Shown: in pieces, positions 12,301-23,045 of the stretch
How positions within the stretch are numbered: the stretch's first letter is position 1
How the letters are laid out: each line of letters opens with the position of its first letter
From: Pelagomonas calceolata
Taxonomy: Eukaryota
Assembly (NCBI GenBank): GCA_918797485.1
Contig: CAKKNE010000001.1
Location: 5,766,001 to 5,830,000 of the forward strand
Length of the DNA: 64,000 bases
Reading direction: 5' to 3'
Program-made: the position numbers and the translations under genes
Notes under the pieces: generated by a model
Seen by the model: the letters and a program-made list of their open reading frames with translations, nothing else
Told to the model about the DNA's origin: nothing
Databases searched by the model: none

Positions 12301-13652
12301 ATGCGACGAACAGTAGTAAGAAGGCCGTGGTGGCCGCTCCTGCCACTCCTCACACTAGCCGCCGAGGACCCGGCGCCGTCGAAGCTCTCGTTCTTCGGGA
12401 GCTCCAAAGAAGCGGAGCCGGCGGCACCGTCGAAACTGAGCTTCTTCGGCAGCGCCTCGGCCGGCGACGCGCGGCGGCAAGAGGACGGCCAGGACAGCAA
12501 GAGGGCAGCCGCGGCGGCGGCGGACGCGCCCAAGCGCCCCTTCTTCGGGAGCTCGTCGGCGAAGCAAGCTAGGGAACAAGAAGAGCCCGTTTTGAGTGAC
12601 TTGCAGCCGGAAGCCGAGCAAGAGGACGAAGAAGTGCCAAGTATTTTTGATAGCGTGAACCACCCGCCGCCGGGCTTTCATAGGGACCCCGCCGGCTCGA
12701 CGGTGGCGGCGGGCCACCACCACACCTGTGCGTTAAGGCAGTCCTCGGCACCATTTGGGGGAATTGCGCACTGCTGGGGCGAGGACACGATGGGCGCGGT
12801 CTCCAGAGTTCCTGTCGAGCTGACCTTCATCCAGTTGTCGTCCGGGCATTTCCACTCCTGCGGCATTACGTTGGATGAAAAACTAGTGTGTTGGGGCGGT
12901 CCCAATCCAAAGCGCTTCGAGCCGCCCGGGTTGTATCAACAAGTGTCGTGCGGCGCGGTCCATACGTGTGGGTTGAGGAAAGATGGGCAGGTCAAGTGCT
13001 GGTTTGTTGTGCGGCGTCCTTTTTTTTGCCTTCCTACGCTATCGCCGCGACTGCTCGACGGCGTACGCCGTCGACGCGTCTCACAATCACGCCGCGCAGG
13101 GGCGAGGACCACGACACGGGCTGCACGAAGCCGCCGGCCGGAAAATTCGTGCAGGTTCAGGCGGGCAACGCCTTCTCCTGCGGCCTGCGGCCGTCGGGGC
13201 TGGTCGAGTGCTGGGGCAACGATCGGAAGGGCCAGTCCACGCCGCCGGACGACGTCCAGTTCCTACAGATCGCGACGTCGAACGTCGTCGACCACGCGTG
13301 CGGGCTGACTCTCGGCGCCCGCGACCTGAAGTGCTGGGGCGACAACCGGAAAGGACAAAGCCCAGAACACGTCGACGGGCCCTGGGAGCAGGTGGCCTGC
13401 GGCTCGAAGGCGACGTGCGCCATCGCCGACGGCGGCAGCCACGCGGAGTGCTTCGGCGCGGCCGCGCACGTGTACGACACGCGCGAGAAGACCGCGTTTC
13501 GCGGGCGGACGCTCGAGCAGGTGTCCATGGGCCACGGCCACCTCTGCGTTTTGGACGTCGAAGGCGAAGTGGTGTGTCATGGGCACCCGGTCGGCGACCC
13601 CTTGAAGCGGACGCATGCGCGGCACGTGCCGGATGGGTTTATTGCGGCGTAA
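12301..13652 (+). CDS. Secreted RCC1/BLIP-II-like repeat protein; exons 12301-13001, 13100-13652
   Basis: Signal peptide; repeats of QVSCGxxHTCGL...VxCWG. Intron 13002-13099 restores CW|GEDH. Confidence 0.8.
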
Positions 13653-14161
13653 GGCTTGTTTTCTTAGCTACACTACCGAAACTAGGAAGACGACGACTCC
13701 TCCCGGCCCGTCGCCACGACGCGGGACCCCGTCCCGGGGACGCTGTACTCGTACCATCCGAGGTGGGCCCAGAAGTCCACGATCTTCGGGATAACGTCCG
13801 CGGGAAGGCGAGTGCCGCGGCTAAAGATGGCCGCGAACATGGACCGGTGCGCGCGTGCGTAGGCAGGAAAACCAGGCCTTTCTTTTTTTGTCTCAGACTG
13901 GAGTTTTGTCTGGATCAAGCCCGGTCGATGGGCGGCGTGCACGCGTGTTTTATCGTCTGAGCGGTGCGCTCTCGATAGAAATCGAGCGTAACCTCAAGCG
14001 CGGACGTCGAGCAGTCGTCCAGGAATTAGTGCTCACTAACTCTAGATTAGAGTCACTAGCCAGTATCCCCGCGACGTAACTAGAGTAAGTGAGTATTAAC
14101 TAGCCTGGCCTGAGCCTGTACTGGCCACCGTACGCCATCGACGCGCGCACAACGATGCTAC

Positions 14162-15228
14162 TTACTCGGGCGGCCCGAACACGATCGGCGGCAGGCCCCG
14201 CGCCGACCGGTACAGCCGGATCACCGACCCGACCGCCGCCGTCGGGAGCAGGACGGCCGCCGTCAGCGCCTCCGAGAGCGCGCGGAGCCAGGGCCGCCGG
14301 CCGCCGTAGGTCAGCACGAAACACGCGCTCCGCAGCGGCGCGAGCAGGTGGCTCAGGTTGCGCCGATAGAGCGTGAGCGACACGACGCCGTGCGCGCCGG
14401 CGACGGCGCGGAGGAATCGCGACGGATTCGCGCGCGGCCGCTTTGATAAAGCTTCGGCGTACTCGACTAATCCGAGCTCGCGCGCGCCCTCCTCGATGAT
14501 GCCGAGGTACCTCGCGGACGGGACGCCGTCGCGTCTGAGGGCGGCCCAGGCCGAGACCTGTGTTGTTGTTTGTCTACGTCTATCCCACCCATACGCCATC
14601 GCCGCGACGTCTCCCCAACCAGCGCGCCACCGCCACGACTCGTCGAAGGCACCTTCTTCCACGCTGCGCGCAGACCTGGCACGTGATCGCGTCGACGTCG
14701 CGTCCACTCGCGTCGCGGACGGAGACCACGACCTCTTGGTAGGGCGTCTTTTTCATGGCGCCGCCTTCGCTCCGCCACAGCGCCTCGTACGCGTCGCGGC
14801 TCATCTCGTAGACGCAGCCCTGCACGGAACGAGTCTCATGAGAACGCCATCGACGCGACCACGTCAAATTGAAGCTAATTCCCACGCCGCGCCGGCACCG
14901 GACACTCCTGGCCGGGGCTCGGCTCGATGCCGGCCATCGCCGGCTCGAGAGGGGGGAACCCGCGCATGTTGAACGCTAATCGCTGGTCGTGGGCGACGGC
15001 CGGCCAGCGCCGCTCGTAGGCCAGCGCCGACGAGTTCTTGCCGCGCGAGCCCATCTTCGACTTCGCGAGGTTGGACCCGAACGCGAAGTAGCGGACGAGG
15101 CCGTTCGCGTCGACGACGCTCGCTGGCAGCGGGCGCAGGGTCGTTGTGGTGGTTGTTGTGGTTTGTGTGGTGATCGCGGCGGCGGCGTGGAGGAGTAACG
15201 CTGCGGCGCGCGTCGTCCGCATTGTCAT
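14162..15228 (-). CDS. Gamma-glutamylcyclotransferase (AIG2/GGCT-like); exons 15228-14899, 14819-14676, 14557-14162
   Basis: YFAFGSNL, G.VYE, LWRSEG..Y and PSARYLGIIEEGARELGL motifs; two GT-AG introns join three ORFs. Confidence 0.75.
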
Positions 15229-15559
15229 GAAAATTCGTCCTCTGTTCGTGATATTTTGTACAGAGCTTCCGGAGGATTTACTCGTTCAGTTGCGCTGCAG
15301 AAATTTGATCTGTCGCGGTCTGCGGCGGCTGCTCCAGCGATCGCAAAGGGCTTGTTTTGCGATTGAGTGCGTTGGTGGCTCCGCGTGCGGATTTTTCGAG
15401 CTCTGTCTGCTCGCTGAGGTTCAGGGAGCTCGCAAAGGCTGCGCGATGCAGCTGGCTAATAGGCACGGCCGGCCTACGGGCGACGCATAAAACCCGCACC
15501 AAGTCGGTTTTATATAGCCAATTAAATCAAGACTCCAGTTGTCCTTTCACTTCGGAGCT

Positions 15560-15800
15560 ATGCACCTGCGGAACGGCGTGTGTGCATGCGAGCCCCTGGA
15601 TTCAAGTGCTACATATTTTGCGGTATCGATGACTGAGGAACTTAGCGTGACATTCTGTCAACTAAATGTCTGCCGAGTTTTGAACACCGGAGGACCGGAT
15701 CAGGATGGCCACATAACAATCCACTCCGACCTTAGAATTGCGCATACCATCACGAAATTTGGCGCTCCATTGTGCGAACTTGTTACTACGAACGAACCTC
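15560..15800 (+). mobile_element. Possible decayed Ty1/copia reverse-transcriptase fragment
   Basis: AT-richer tract. DGHITIHSDLRIAHTITKFGAPLCELVTT resembles the copia RT segment 'GI.ISQ..Y...LL.KFG...CK.V.TP' (recalled, not aligned). Confidence 0.25.
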
Positions 15801-16056
15801 AGGTGGGCTGGGACACCCCCTCTTTTTTACTTCCTCAACCCCCAACACGCGCGCGCGACCCAAAAACACGATCGCACGCAAAATGGCTGCCCGCGGGCCA
15901 ACCCGCGCTGTTTCAACCACATACACCTAGGAAAGGGTTCTGGCGGCATCCTGATGAGTTTCCGGACATATAACCCCGACTGCGTCGTACGTCGTCGCCG
16001 CGAGCGAGACGCGAAGTATTTTTATATAGAAGCAAAGGCCAGCACACACAGTCTCA

Positions 16057-16829
16057 TCAAGCACAAGCCACCACCGCCCGAAACAGCATGTACCAGATCA
16101 GATTGTAGCACGGCACCGTCGACAGCAATAACCACGGCATGCCCTTCCGGAATACAATCGGATACAAACACCGAAAGAAGATGTAGCCCTTCCCGCAAAA
16201 AGCGGCCAATTCAACGTCCGCTAGCAATCCACACGCCCAGAGCGACACCAAGAAAGGCGGCGCCTGCTCCAATGTATTCAAAAACGTCCGATCGCCCAAC
16301 AACCGCAGCGTCCGCGTCCTGGGCGAACCATTATTCTTGGACCCATAGGCGCCGTACTTCAGCTGCACGAGCGTCGGCTTCTTGCCGTCGGCGTTCGGGG
16401 GCAGCGTCCGCCGCCTGCGTTGTGTCGACGGCGTGAGTCGCGTCGATGGCGTATGGGGTGGCGTAGCAGTCCCGATCTCGCGATGCCGAACTCGGCACGC
16501 CATCGCCGCGACGCTCGCCAAAGGGAGGAGCCTCATCAAAGAGCCCCGCCAAGGACGAGGCGCAGGAGCACGAGTCGACGGACAAGAAAAAGGCTAGGAC
16601 GCCGAGATGCGGACAAATACAACTTCGACCACGACTGGAAGAAGCAAAAGGAGTAGTACATCACGATATAAGCAGCAGTCACGCGCACGAGCGGCGCGAC
16701 GGCGGCGACCTGCGCCGGCGTGAGCACCGCCGCCGAGGCGGTTCCGGCGCCGAACCAGGTCGAGGTATTGATGGTGGGCACGCCCATGATGCGCGCCTCC
16801 TCGAGCGCTGCCCGGGCCCGATTCCACAT
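16057..16829 (-). CDS. MAPEG family membrane protein; exons 16829-16615, 16414-16057
   Basis: DRTFLNTLEQAPPFL and G..YIFFRCLYP are MAPEG signatures; 200-nt GT-AG intron joins the frames. Confidence 0.75.
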
Positions 16830-17138
16830 GATTGCTTTGCTTTGCTTAGAGCTAGGCTGCCCAGCCACCCGGCCGCTTTACGTCGATGGCGTGCTGCGTG
16901 TGTGGAGTGCGCGTCGATGGCGTCGCCGCGCAGCGTAGCGATGCCGCACGTGCGTGCCGAACGAATGCTTTTGCGCTGTTCGGGCAGCCTCGTGATTGGG
17001 CCGCCTCCCGTGATACGATGAGCTGTCTGCCGAGAAGAGCGGATTGGGCTGTGGCTTTCGAGTGCCTTTTGCCACCGGTCCGATTGCTCAGGTACCCATG
17101 CGGAAGTAGCCGGAGGAGTGGAAGGAGTAGCCTTGCTT

Positions 17139-17162
17139 GCTAGTGCCTTACAGGCCGCTAGC
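17139..17162 (+). promoter_or_regulatory. Conserved intergenic quasi-palindrome, copy 4 (gctagtgccttacaggccgctagc)
   Basis: Motif match; divergent intergenic region. Confidence 0.7.
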
Positions 17163-17411
17163 ACTCAGTGTTTAAAAACTCGGCCAGCCAGCGTTTTTTG
17201 GCCACTACGGTGTTGTGCTGAGCCAGCTCGCTCGCATTTGTCATTTCGTGCAGCGCTGCATCGCTGCAAGCAAGCGCGAGCGCGGTACAAGCTCGTACAC
17301 AGCCTGCCCACTCATTCATCGATACACGAGCACGAAAACTGTGGTGTATTGCCGTCGCGCAGCCAGTTCGAAGCGCTGCAGCACTGATAAAACCGCCGGG
17401 AGCGCTAAACC

Positions 17412-18393
17412 ATGGCACAACAAGAACCGCAACCAAAAAAAGTGAAGCTCGTCGACTTCTCCGCCGCGAGCGCTTTTTATGGAAGCCGAAAGGGCTACGT
17501 CTTCAAGACGGGCGACCAAGGTTTGGGCTATTACCTCGATAATGTGGATAAGGCGAAGGAGCGCGTGCTAGAAGGCCTCGAGGGCCCCGGGCTCTTCGCG
17601 CGGGCGCCATGTGTCGACGTCGAGGCGCCCGAGACCGTCAAAGCACCGGTACCAGCGCCGGCTGAAGAACCGCCGAAAAAGAAAAAACGCTTCGACCCCT
17701 TCGCGGATTTGCCGCCTCCCAAAAAGAAGGCCGCGCCCGCACCCAAACAACCAACCCCAGAACCGGAGGAAAAGGCCCCGGTCAAGGTGTTTACTTCCGG
17801 TTTATTCAAGCTCGAGCAGGTCCACTGCTTGCACATCGTGCGCAAGCACAAGGACGCGCGGAACCCGACGTCCTGGCGCCACCCGGGCCGGCGCATCGAC
17901 CGGACGCGCCAGGACGCGACTGATGAATTGGAGAAGATGCGGACGAAGCTTCTCGCCGGTTTGTGTTCTGTGTCCTTTGGTCTTCGAGCGTCGCGGCGAT
18001 GGCGTATCGCGTCGATGGCGTCGCGTCGATGGCGTATACGTGGGCTCGGCCGTAAGCTCGGACGCCCCGACGTGGGCTTGGACGCCATCTGCGAGAGACA
18101 CCACACGCCATCGCCGCGAGAGGCCCCATACGCCATCGCCGCGAGAGGAGTCACATAACGCCACCGCCGCGACGCACGCAGCGCCGACGCACCGGCGCCG
18201 CTCGCTCTTCCAGGAGCTCGCCAAGAAGTTCTCGGAGTGCGGCTCGGCGAAGAAGGGCGGCGACCTCGGCATGTTCCGGCGGGGCAAGATGAGCGCCGCC
18301 TTCGAGCTCGCGGCGTTCAACCTCGACGTGCACGAGCTGTCGAAGACCGTCGCGTCGTCGTCGGGCGTGCACCTGATCTACAGGGTAGCATAA
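17412..18393 (+). CDS. Parvulin/Pin1-type peptidyl-prolyl isomerase; exons 17412-17958, 18182-18393
   Basis: CLHIVRKHKDARNPTSW, FQELAKKFSECGSAKKGGDLGMF..GKM..AFE.AAF, SGVHLI. Confidence 0.85.
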
Positions 18394-18536
18394 GTCACAT
18401 TGTTAGTCTACGATACGTCGCACACGCCGGCGGTCGCGGCCGGCTCCGCGGTCGCGGGCGTAGGCTTCGGCGTCTCCCCGATCGCGGGCGGCGGCGTCTG
18501 GCGCGGCGGCGGGTTCTTCGCGTAGAGCGGCTCAAA

Positions 18537-19424
18537 TTAGTCACGATACGTCGCCCCGCCGCCCTCCTTCTGCGGTGATAAATCGGGCATCTTCGACTTG
18601 TACGTCCGGTAGTCGGACGCCTCGTCCTTCTTCAGGTTCGTCTTGGACGAAGACACGCGCAGCGAGTCGACGACGGCCCGCGAGGTTTTCTCGCCGTTTT
18701 CTTTTTTCCATCGGCTGGCCTGTGGGTGGAACACGTCGCGTCGATGGCGTGGAGGTGGCGTCTTTCCCCACCAGCACGCCATCGCCGCGACCGTGCGAGT
18801 CGAAGGGAAGGACGCCGGGGCGCGGGCCGTCGTGCCGGCGACGAGGATGACGACGTCCTTCGAACCCGGCGGAGACACGGCTTTCACGAAGGCGCGGCGC
18901 TGGACCTCCGCGTTCCCCTTCAGCGCCGTGAACGAGTACTCCAATAAACGCCCACCATCAACGGAGCGGTCGCGCTCGTCCCGCAAGACGCGGACGTCCT
19001 GCGGCGCGCCGTACGCGCCGTAGCGTCCGCTGATGCCAAATATATTATCAGAGAACCATGAGGCTGAAGAACTCGTCCCCTGCGGCGGCGTCTTCGACAC
19101 GAGGAACGCGCCGTCGCCGCCCTCCTTACTTCTAACTTCCACATCATAATAGTTGCCCAGTTGCAGGAACCAGGGCGTTTCGAACGACGCCGTCGCGACG
19201 TAGCCGTCCGACGTCACGAGCTCAGCATTCAATACCTGCGCTTTGCCGACCCTGTCGACCCGCGGCTCGCTCACCAACACGCAGCCCGTGTCGGGCCGCG
19301 TCTTGCCGCTCATCGTCGTCGCCGATATCGCGAGCGCGGGTTGCTGCCGCAGCTCCGGGATGAATGGAGTGAGCAACGCGGCCGCGAGGCGCGCGGCAGC
19401 GCGACGCTGGAGGATTGGTCGCAT
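18537..19424 (-). CDS. PsbP-like thylakoid lumen protein; probable in-frame GC-AG intron 18720-18827
   Basis: RRAA..PALA lumen-targeting pattern; GRYGAYG..DV.V; LEYSFTAL..EVQRRA.V.A; GTTASRWKK after splicing. Confidence 0.6.
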   Translation of the reverse strand: MRPILQRRAAARLAAALLTPFIPELRQQPALAISATTMSGKTRPDTGCVLVSEPRVDRVGKAQVLNAELVTSDGYVATASFETPWFLQLGNYYDVEVRSKEGGDGAFLVSKTPPQGTSSSASWFSDNIFGISGRYGAYGAPQDVRVLRDERDRSVDGGRLLEYSFTALKGNAEVQRRAFVKAVSPPGSKDVVILVAGTTARAPASFPSTRTVAAMACWWGKTPPPRHRRDVFHPQASRWKKENGEKTSRAVVDSLRVSSSKTNLKKDEASDYRTYKSKMPDLSPQKEGGGATYRD

Positions 19425-19680
19425 GGCTGCAAAAACGATCGCTTGCAGTGTTTGCTTGCAAAATATGATAGCCTGCAGCTGCAGGCTTTGCGAAAACTGA
19501 TCGCTTTTGCAAGTGCTGGGCTGCTGCTGCAGCACGTGAGGCTTGGTTAGTGAGCTTCGCGGTCCGCGACTGCGCTGCTGCTAGAAGTTAAAAGCTTGGA
19601 GAGAATCGATGCCCGAGCCGCCAAAAGTATGCTTTGATGCAAGCACGGGCTTTTAAAAAAGGACCAAAAGCAAATCACGA

Positions 19681-19704
19681 GCTAGCGGCATGTAACACAC
19701 TAGC
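19681..19704 (-). promoter_or_regulatory. Conserved intergenic quasi-palindrome, copy 5 (plus: gctagcggcatgtaacacactagc)
   Basis: Reverse-complement motif match; divergent intergenic region. Confidence 0.7.
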
Positions 19705-19919
19705 AAGCAAATCGCATCGAACATCTCCAGGACTCTACGCTGCCTACGAGGAGCCAGGGTTAGTCCAGCGCCTCAGGGCGACACCACACATCCGTCCTTC
19801 ACTGCTACGCCAGCCGCTGCAGCGCCGCGGTACGCCTAGCTCGCCATATTACAAAAGGCACAAGCCACCCGCCAAGACGCCCACGAACGCCAGACGCCGC
19901 GACACAAAAACAAGCAAAG

Positions 19920-21253
19920 ATGTCCAAGCTCGCCTTCGACTACAGCAAGTGGGACAACATCGAGATCAGCGACGACGAGGCCGACACGCATCCTAATATA
20001 GACAAGGCGAGTTGGTTCCGCATGAAGCATCGGAGCCGCGTCGAGCGCGAGGAGACGGAGAAGATGGAGAAGACGGCGATGGAGAAGGAGAACAAGGCCG
20101 ATTCGGAGAGAGAACGGGAGATCGTACGATTGCTGGCCGAAGTGCGGTCGGGCGGGGACGCGGCGGAGTACGAGGACGAGGACGCGCTCGTGGGCGAATT
20201 GGAGGAGGCGCGGGCCGGCGTGGCAAGCAACGTCGCGTCGCGTCGATGGCGTATGGGGGGCGTCGCCACCGCCGCGCGCCGTCGCCGCGTCGAGAGCGTC
20301 GCGTCGACGGCATGCCATGCGACTCGTCATACGCCATCGCCGCGGCGGGGAGAGTCTCGGCGACGGCGTGGAACGCTCACGAATCGCGAACGCAGGTCCG
20401 CGGCCGCGTCAAGGACCGGCTCGACAAGATCGACTTCATGGAGAAGAACAAGAAGTGGAACGTCGACAACTTGAGTCACACGGCCACGGATCGAACCATA
20501 CTGTCAGGTAAAGGGTCGTCGAAGGAGGACTTGGTGGGCGGGATGATGACCGGCACGAAATCCAATAAAGATGGGCCTGTGGGTCCTCAATCAGAAAAAG
20601 CGGCTGTCAATGCGTATGCGGACTTCGTGGATAAACATGAGCAAGTGCTTGAGGACTACCTCGCTACTACCGAGTTGGAGGATTGCAAAAAGAAGCTGCA
20701 CGAGCACGGCGGGACGCTGCTGCATGAGCATGCGCAATCTTATATACTCCTATCCTGTTTGGAGGACGAGATGAACGGCTTTCCCGACAAGATGAAACTC
20801 GCGTCGAGAAATAGCCAAGTGTTGTCTCATGTCACTGATCTGGCGGCGTCGCTGAACAGACATCCTAGGGATGTCGTGCTGCCCTTCTTTTCGCGTATTG
20901 AGGACCCCAGATATAGAAGCGGATTCGAAGAAGCGGTCCAGGACTTCATCGCCAAAATTCAGAAGCGGGCTATTGATAAGAGGAAAGAAATGGACGCCCA
21001 GGAACCAGTAGAGTTGTCGAGGGAAGAAAGGCTGGGCCCCGGCGGCCTGGACCCCGTCGAGGTCTTCGAGACGCTCCCAGAATCGATGCAGGAGGCCTTC
21101 GAGAAGAAGGACACGCAGATGCTCCAGGTTGCGTTAGAAGCGATGGAGCCGGAAGAGGCGAAGAAACACATGGACGCCTGCGAGGCGTCGGGGCTCTGGG
21201 TGCAGAACAATTCGTCTGAAGAGGCGACGGTCGTGGATGACGGGCTCGCCTAG
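19920..21253 (+). CDS. CDC37: Hsp90 co-chaperone Cdc37; exons 19920-20207, 20396-21253
   Basis: DYSKWDNIEISDDEADTHPNIDKASWFRMKH, KKWNVDNL, RLGPGGLDPVEVFETLP...SGLWV; GC-AG intron. Confidence 0.95.
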
Positions 21254-21398
21254 GCGTACCCTTTGTATAAGATGACCTATCCGTTGGTTTTGTGGCGCGG
21301 CGGCGGCGACGGCGTGGGGGTTATCTTTGTTCGCGGCGACGGTGTTGGGGTTATCTTATGCTCAGTCACGAGGTGGTTTAGCCGTCCGCGCGTACTTT

Positions 21399-21424
21399 CT
21401 AGTGTCTTTACACAGGCCGCTAGC
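21399..21424 (+). promoter_or_regulatory. Conserved intergenic quasi-palindrome, copy 6 (ctagtgtctttacacaggccgctagc)
   Basis: Motif match, 192 bp upstream of ATG 21617. Confidence 0.65.
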
Positions 21425-21616
21425 TAATTACTATTTTTGCCTGGCCAAGTCTGCCTGGACCGAAGCGCGGTCCACGCGTCGTTCGTGCGTGATTACGCTT
21501 TAAGAATAGATAGGTCGACTCGGTGTAAAGGCTACTTTGCACTGTCGTGTCGCCAGAGACCTTGTTTTTCACTGTGCTGAGAAGAGGTAAAAAGCGCGTA
21601 TAAGCGGCTCGCGACG

Positions 21617-22923
21617 ATGGCCCCAGCGCTCAAATACTTGGCGCTTCTGTGGACGGCGTCGGCGCTCGTCGTGCGCGACGGCTCGGAGCTGAAAGCGGCC
21701 CTCGCGAACGGCGCGCCGGCGATCGAGCTCGCCGCGGACAGTTATCTTGGCGGCGAGCCCGCCGTCGTGGCGAACGCAGCGAGCGTCATCGACGGCAAGG
21801 GCTTCACCGTGTCCCAGGCGGGCGCGCGCCATTTCGTCGTCAACGGAACGAACGCCGCGCTCGAGCTCCGCGACCTCACGATCGCGGTGGTGGACGCGCC
21901 TACGGCCATCCCCACGTGCGCGCCGACGCCGGCGACGCGCGTTCCGGCACAATACGTCGAGCCGCTCGCGCTGACGGACGTGAAGGACGCCGGTCTGGTT
22001 CCTTGCGTCGCGCCGTTTTGTAGGGCGACACGACCTCTACTCCGCCTCCTGGCTTCAGCCTAGACGAGAAGTGGCCGTGGCTCATCTGCATAGTGATGGT
22101 CTTGCTAGGATGCCCTATCATAATGCATCGATCCATGGACTGTGAATACCAGGCCTTCGGGGGATTTTGCGTGATGTACTACGATCCTAGGCTGGGCGCT
22201 TGCATGTCAGCGGCGCACAACTCCCACTTCTTGTGTTTTTGCGTCGGCTGTTTCTTTGCTGTCGCGATATTCGCCGTGGGCCTCACCTCCAAGCATCGAG
22301 AGCTCAATTGCACGTGCGCCCTGCTTGGCGTCTTTGCGTTTTTTAACGGCGCGGTCCACTATGTACTGGGCGCCATTTTAGAGTGCCGGACGCCAAATAT
22401 GAGCCAAACTGTCATCTATGGCTTCATCCTGCTATACAGCCTCGTAACCTTCACCGCGTACGGGGGCTGGTGCTACAAGTTTATGGGAGAGAGCCCGGCC
22501 CTGAGTATCGCGCTAGGCATATTTGCCATCTTCTACGACGGTACTGCTACGTTTAAGGACGTGTTTGCCAACGACATGGACCCGCGGTACATTCAGTTAA
22601 CATATTTGTTCGAAAGCGGCACTCATCTCATGTTAGCTTTCCTCGCCGCGTTCCGATCGCAGGAGTTCGTGGAGAAGTTCCCCGACTTCCGGCCCCTCGT
22701 TTCTTTTGAGCTGGGCCTGGCCATGATATTCCCCTGTGCCGCCGTGTTGCTCGAGCACGGGTTGCATCGCAGCCGCTGCTGCAACGCCGCAAACGACGGG
22801 TTTGGCTGGTACTACAAGCACGGGGCCCACGTCCTGTACGACATCTCCATCGACATGGCGTTCCTGGTCACGGCGATCATCACGTCGAAGAAATTGCCCA
22901 AATTGCCCAAGAAGAACGACTGA
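21617..22923 (+). CDS. Signal peptide + extracellular domain + multi-TM (~7) membrane protein; exons 21617-21992, 22064-22923
   Basis: GT-AG intron 21993-22063 fuses the two ORFs in frame (KDA-D-EKWPW); hydrophobic helices. Confidence 0.55.
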
Positions 22924-23045
22924 GCACTGACTGAACATAGCGAGCGTAAGCACACATGCACAGCACTAGGACACAAAATTCATTTCGGCCGAGTTATAAG
23001 GGGGATCAGGGGGCCGGGGGAGGAAACACTTGGTCTTTCTCGGAG

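Noticed and set aside
13682..13942. Small ORF ending LPADVIPKIVDFW
   Set aside because: Looks like a C-terminal remnant with stop-rich upstream sequence; not supportable as a gene.
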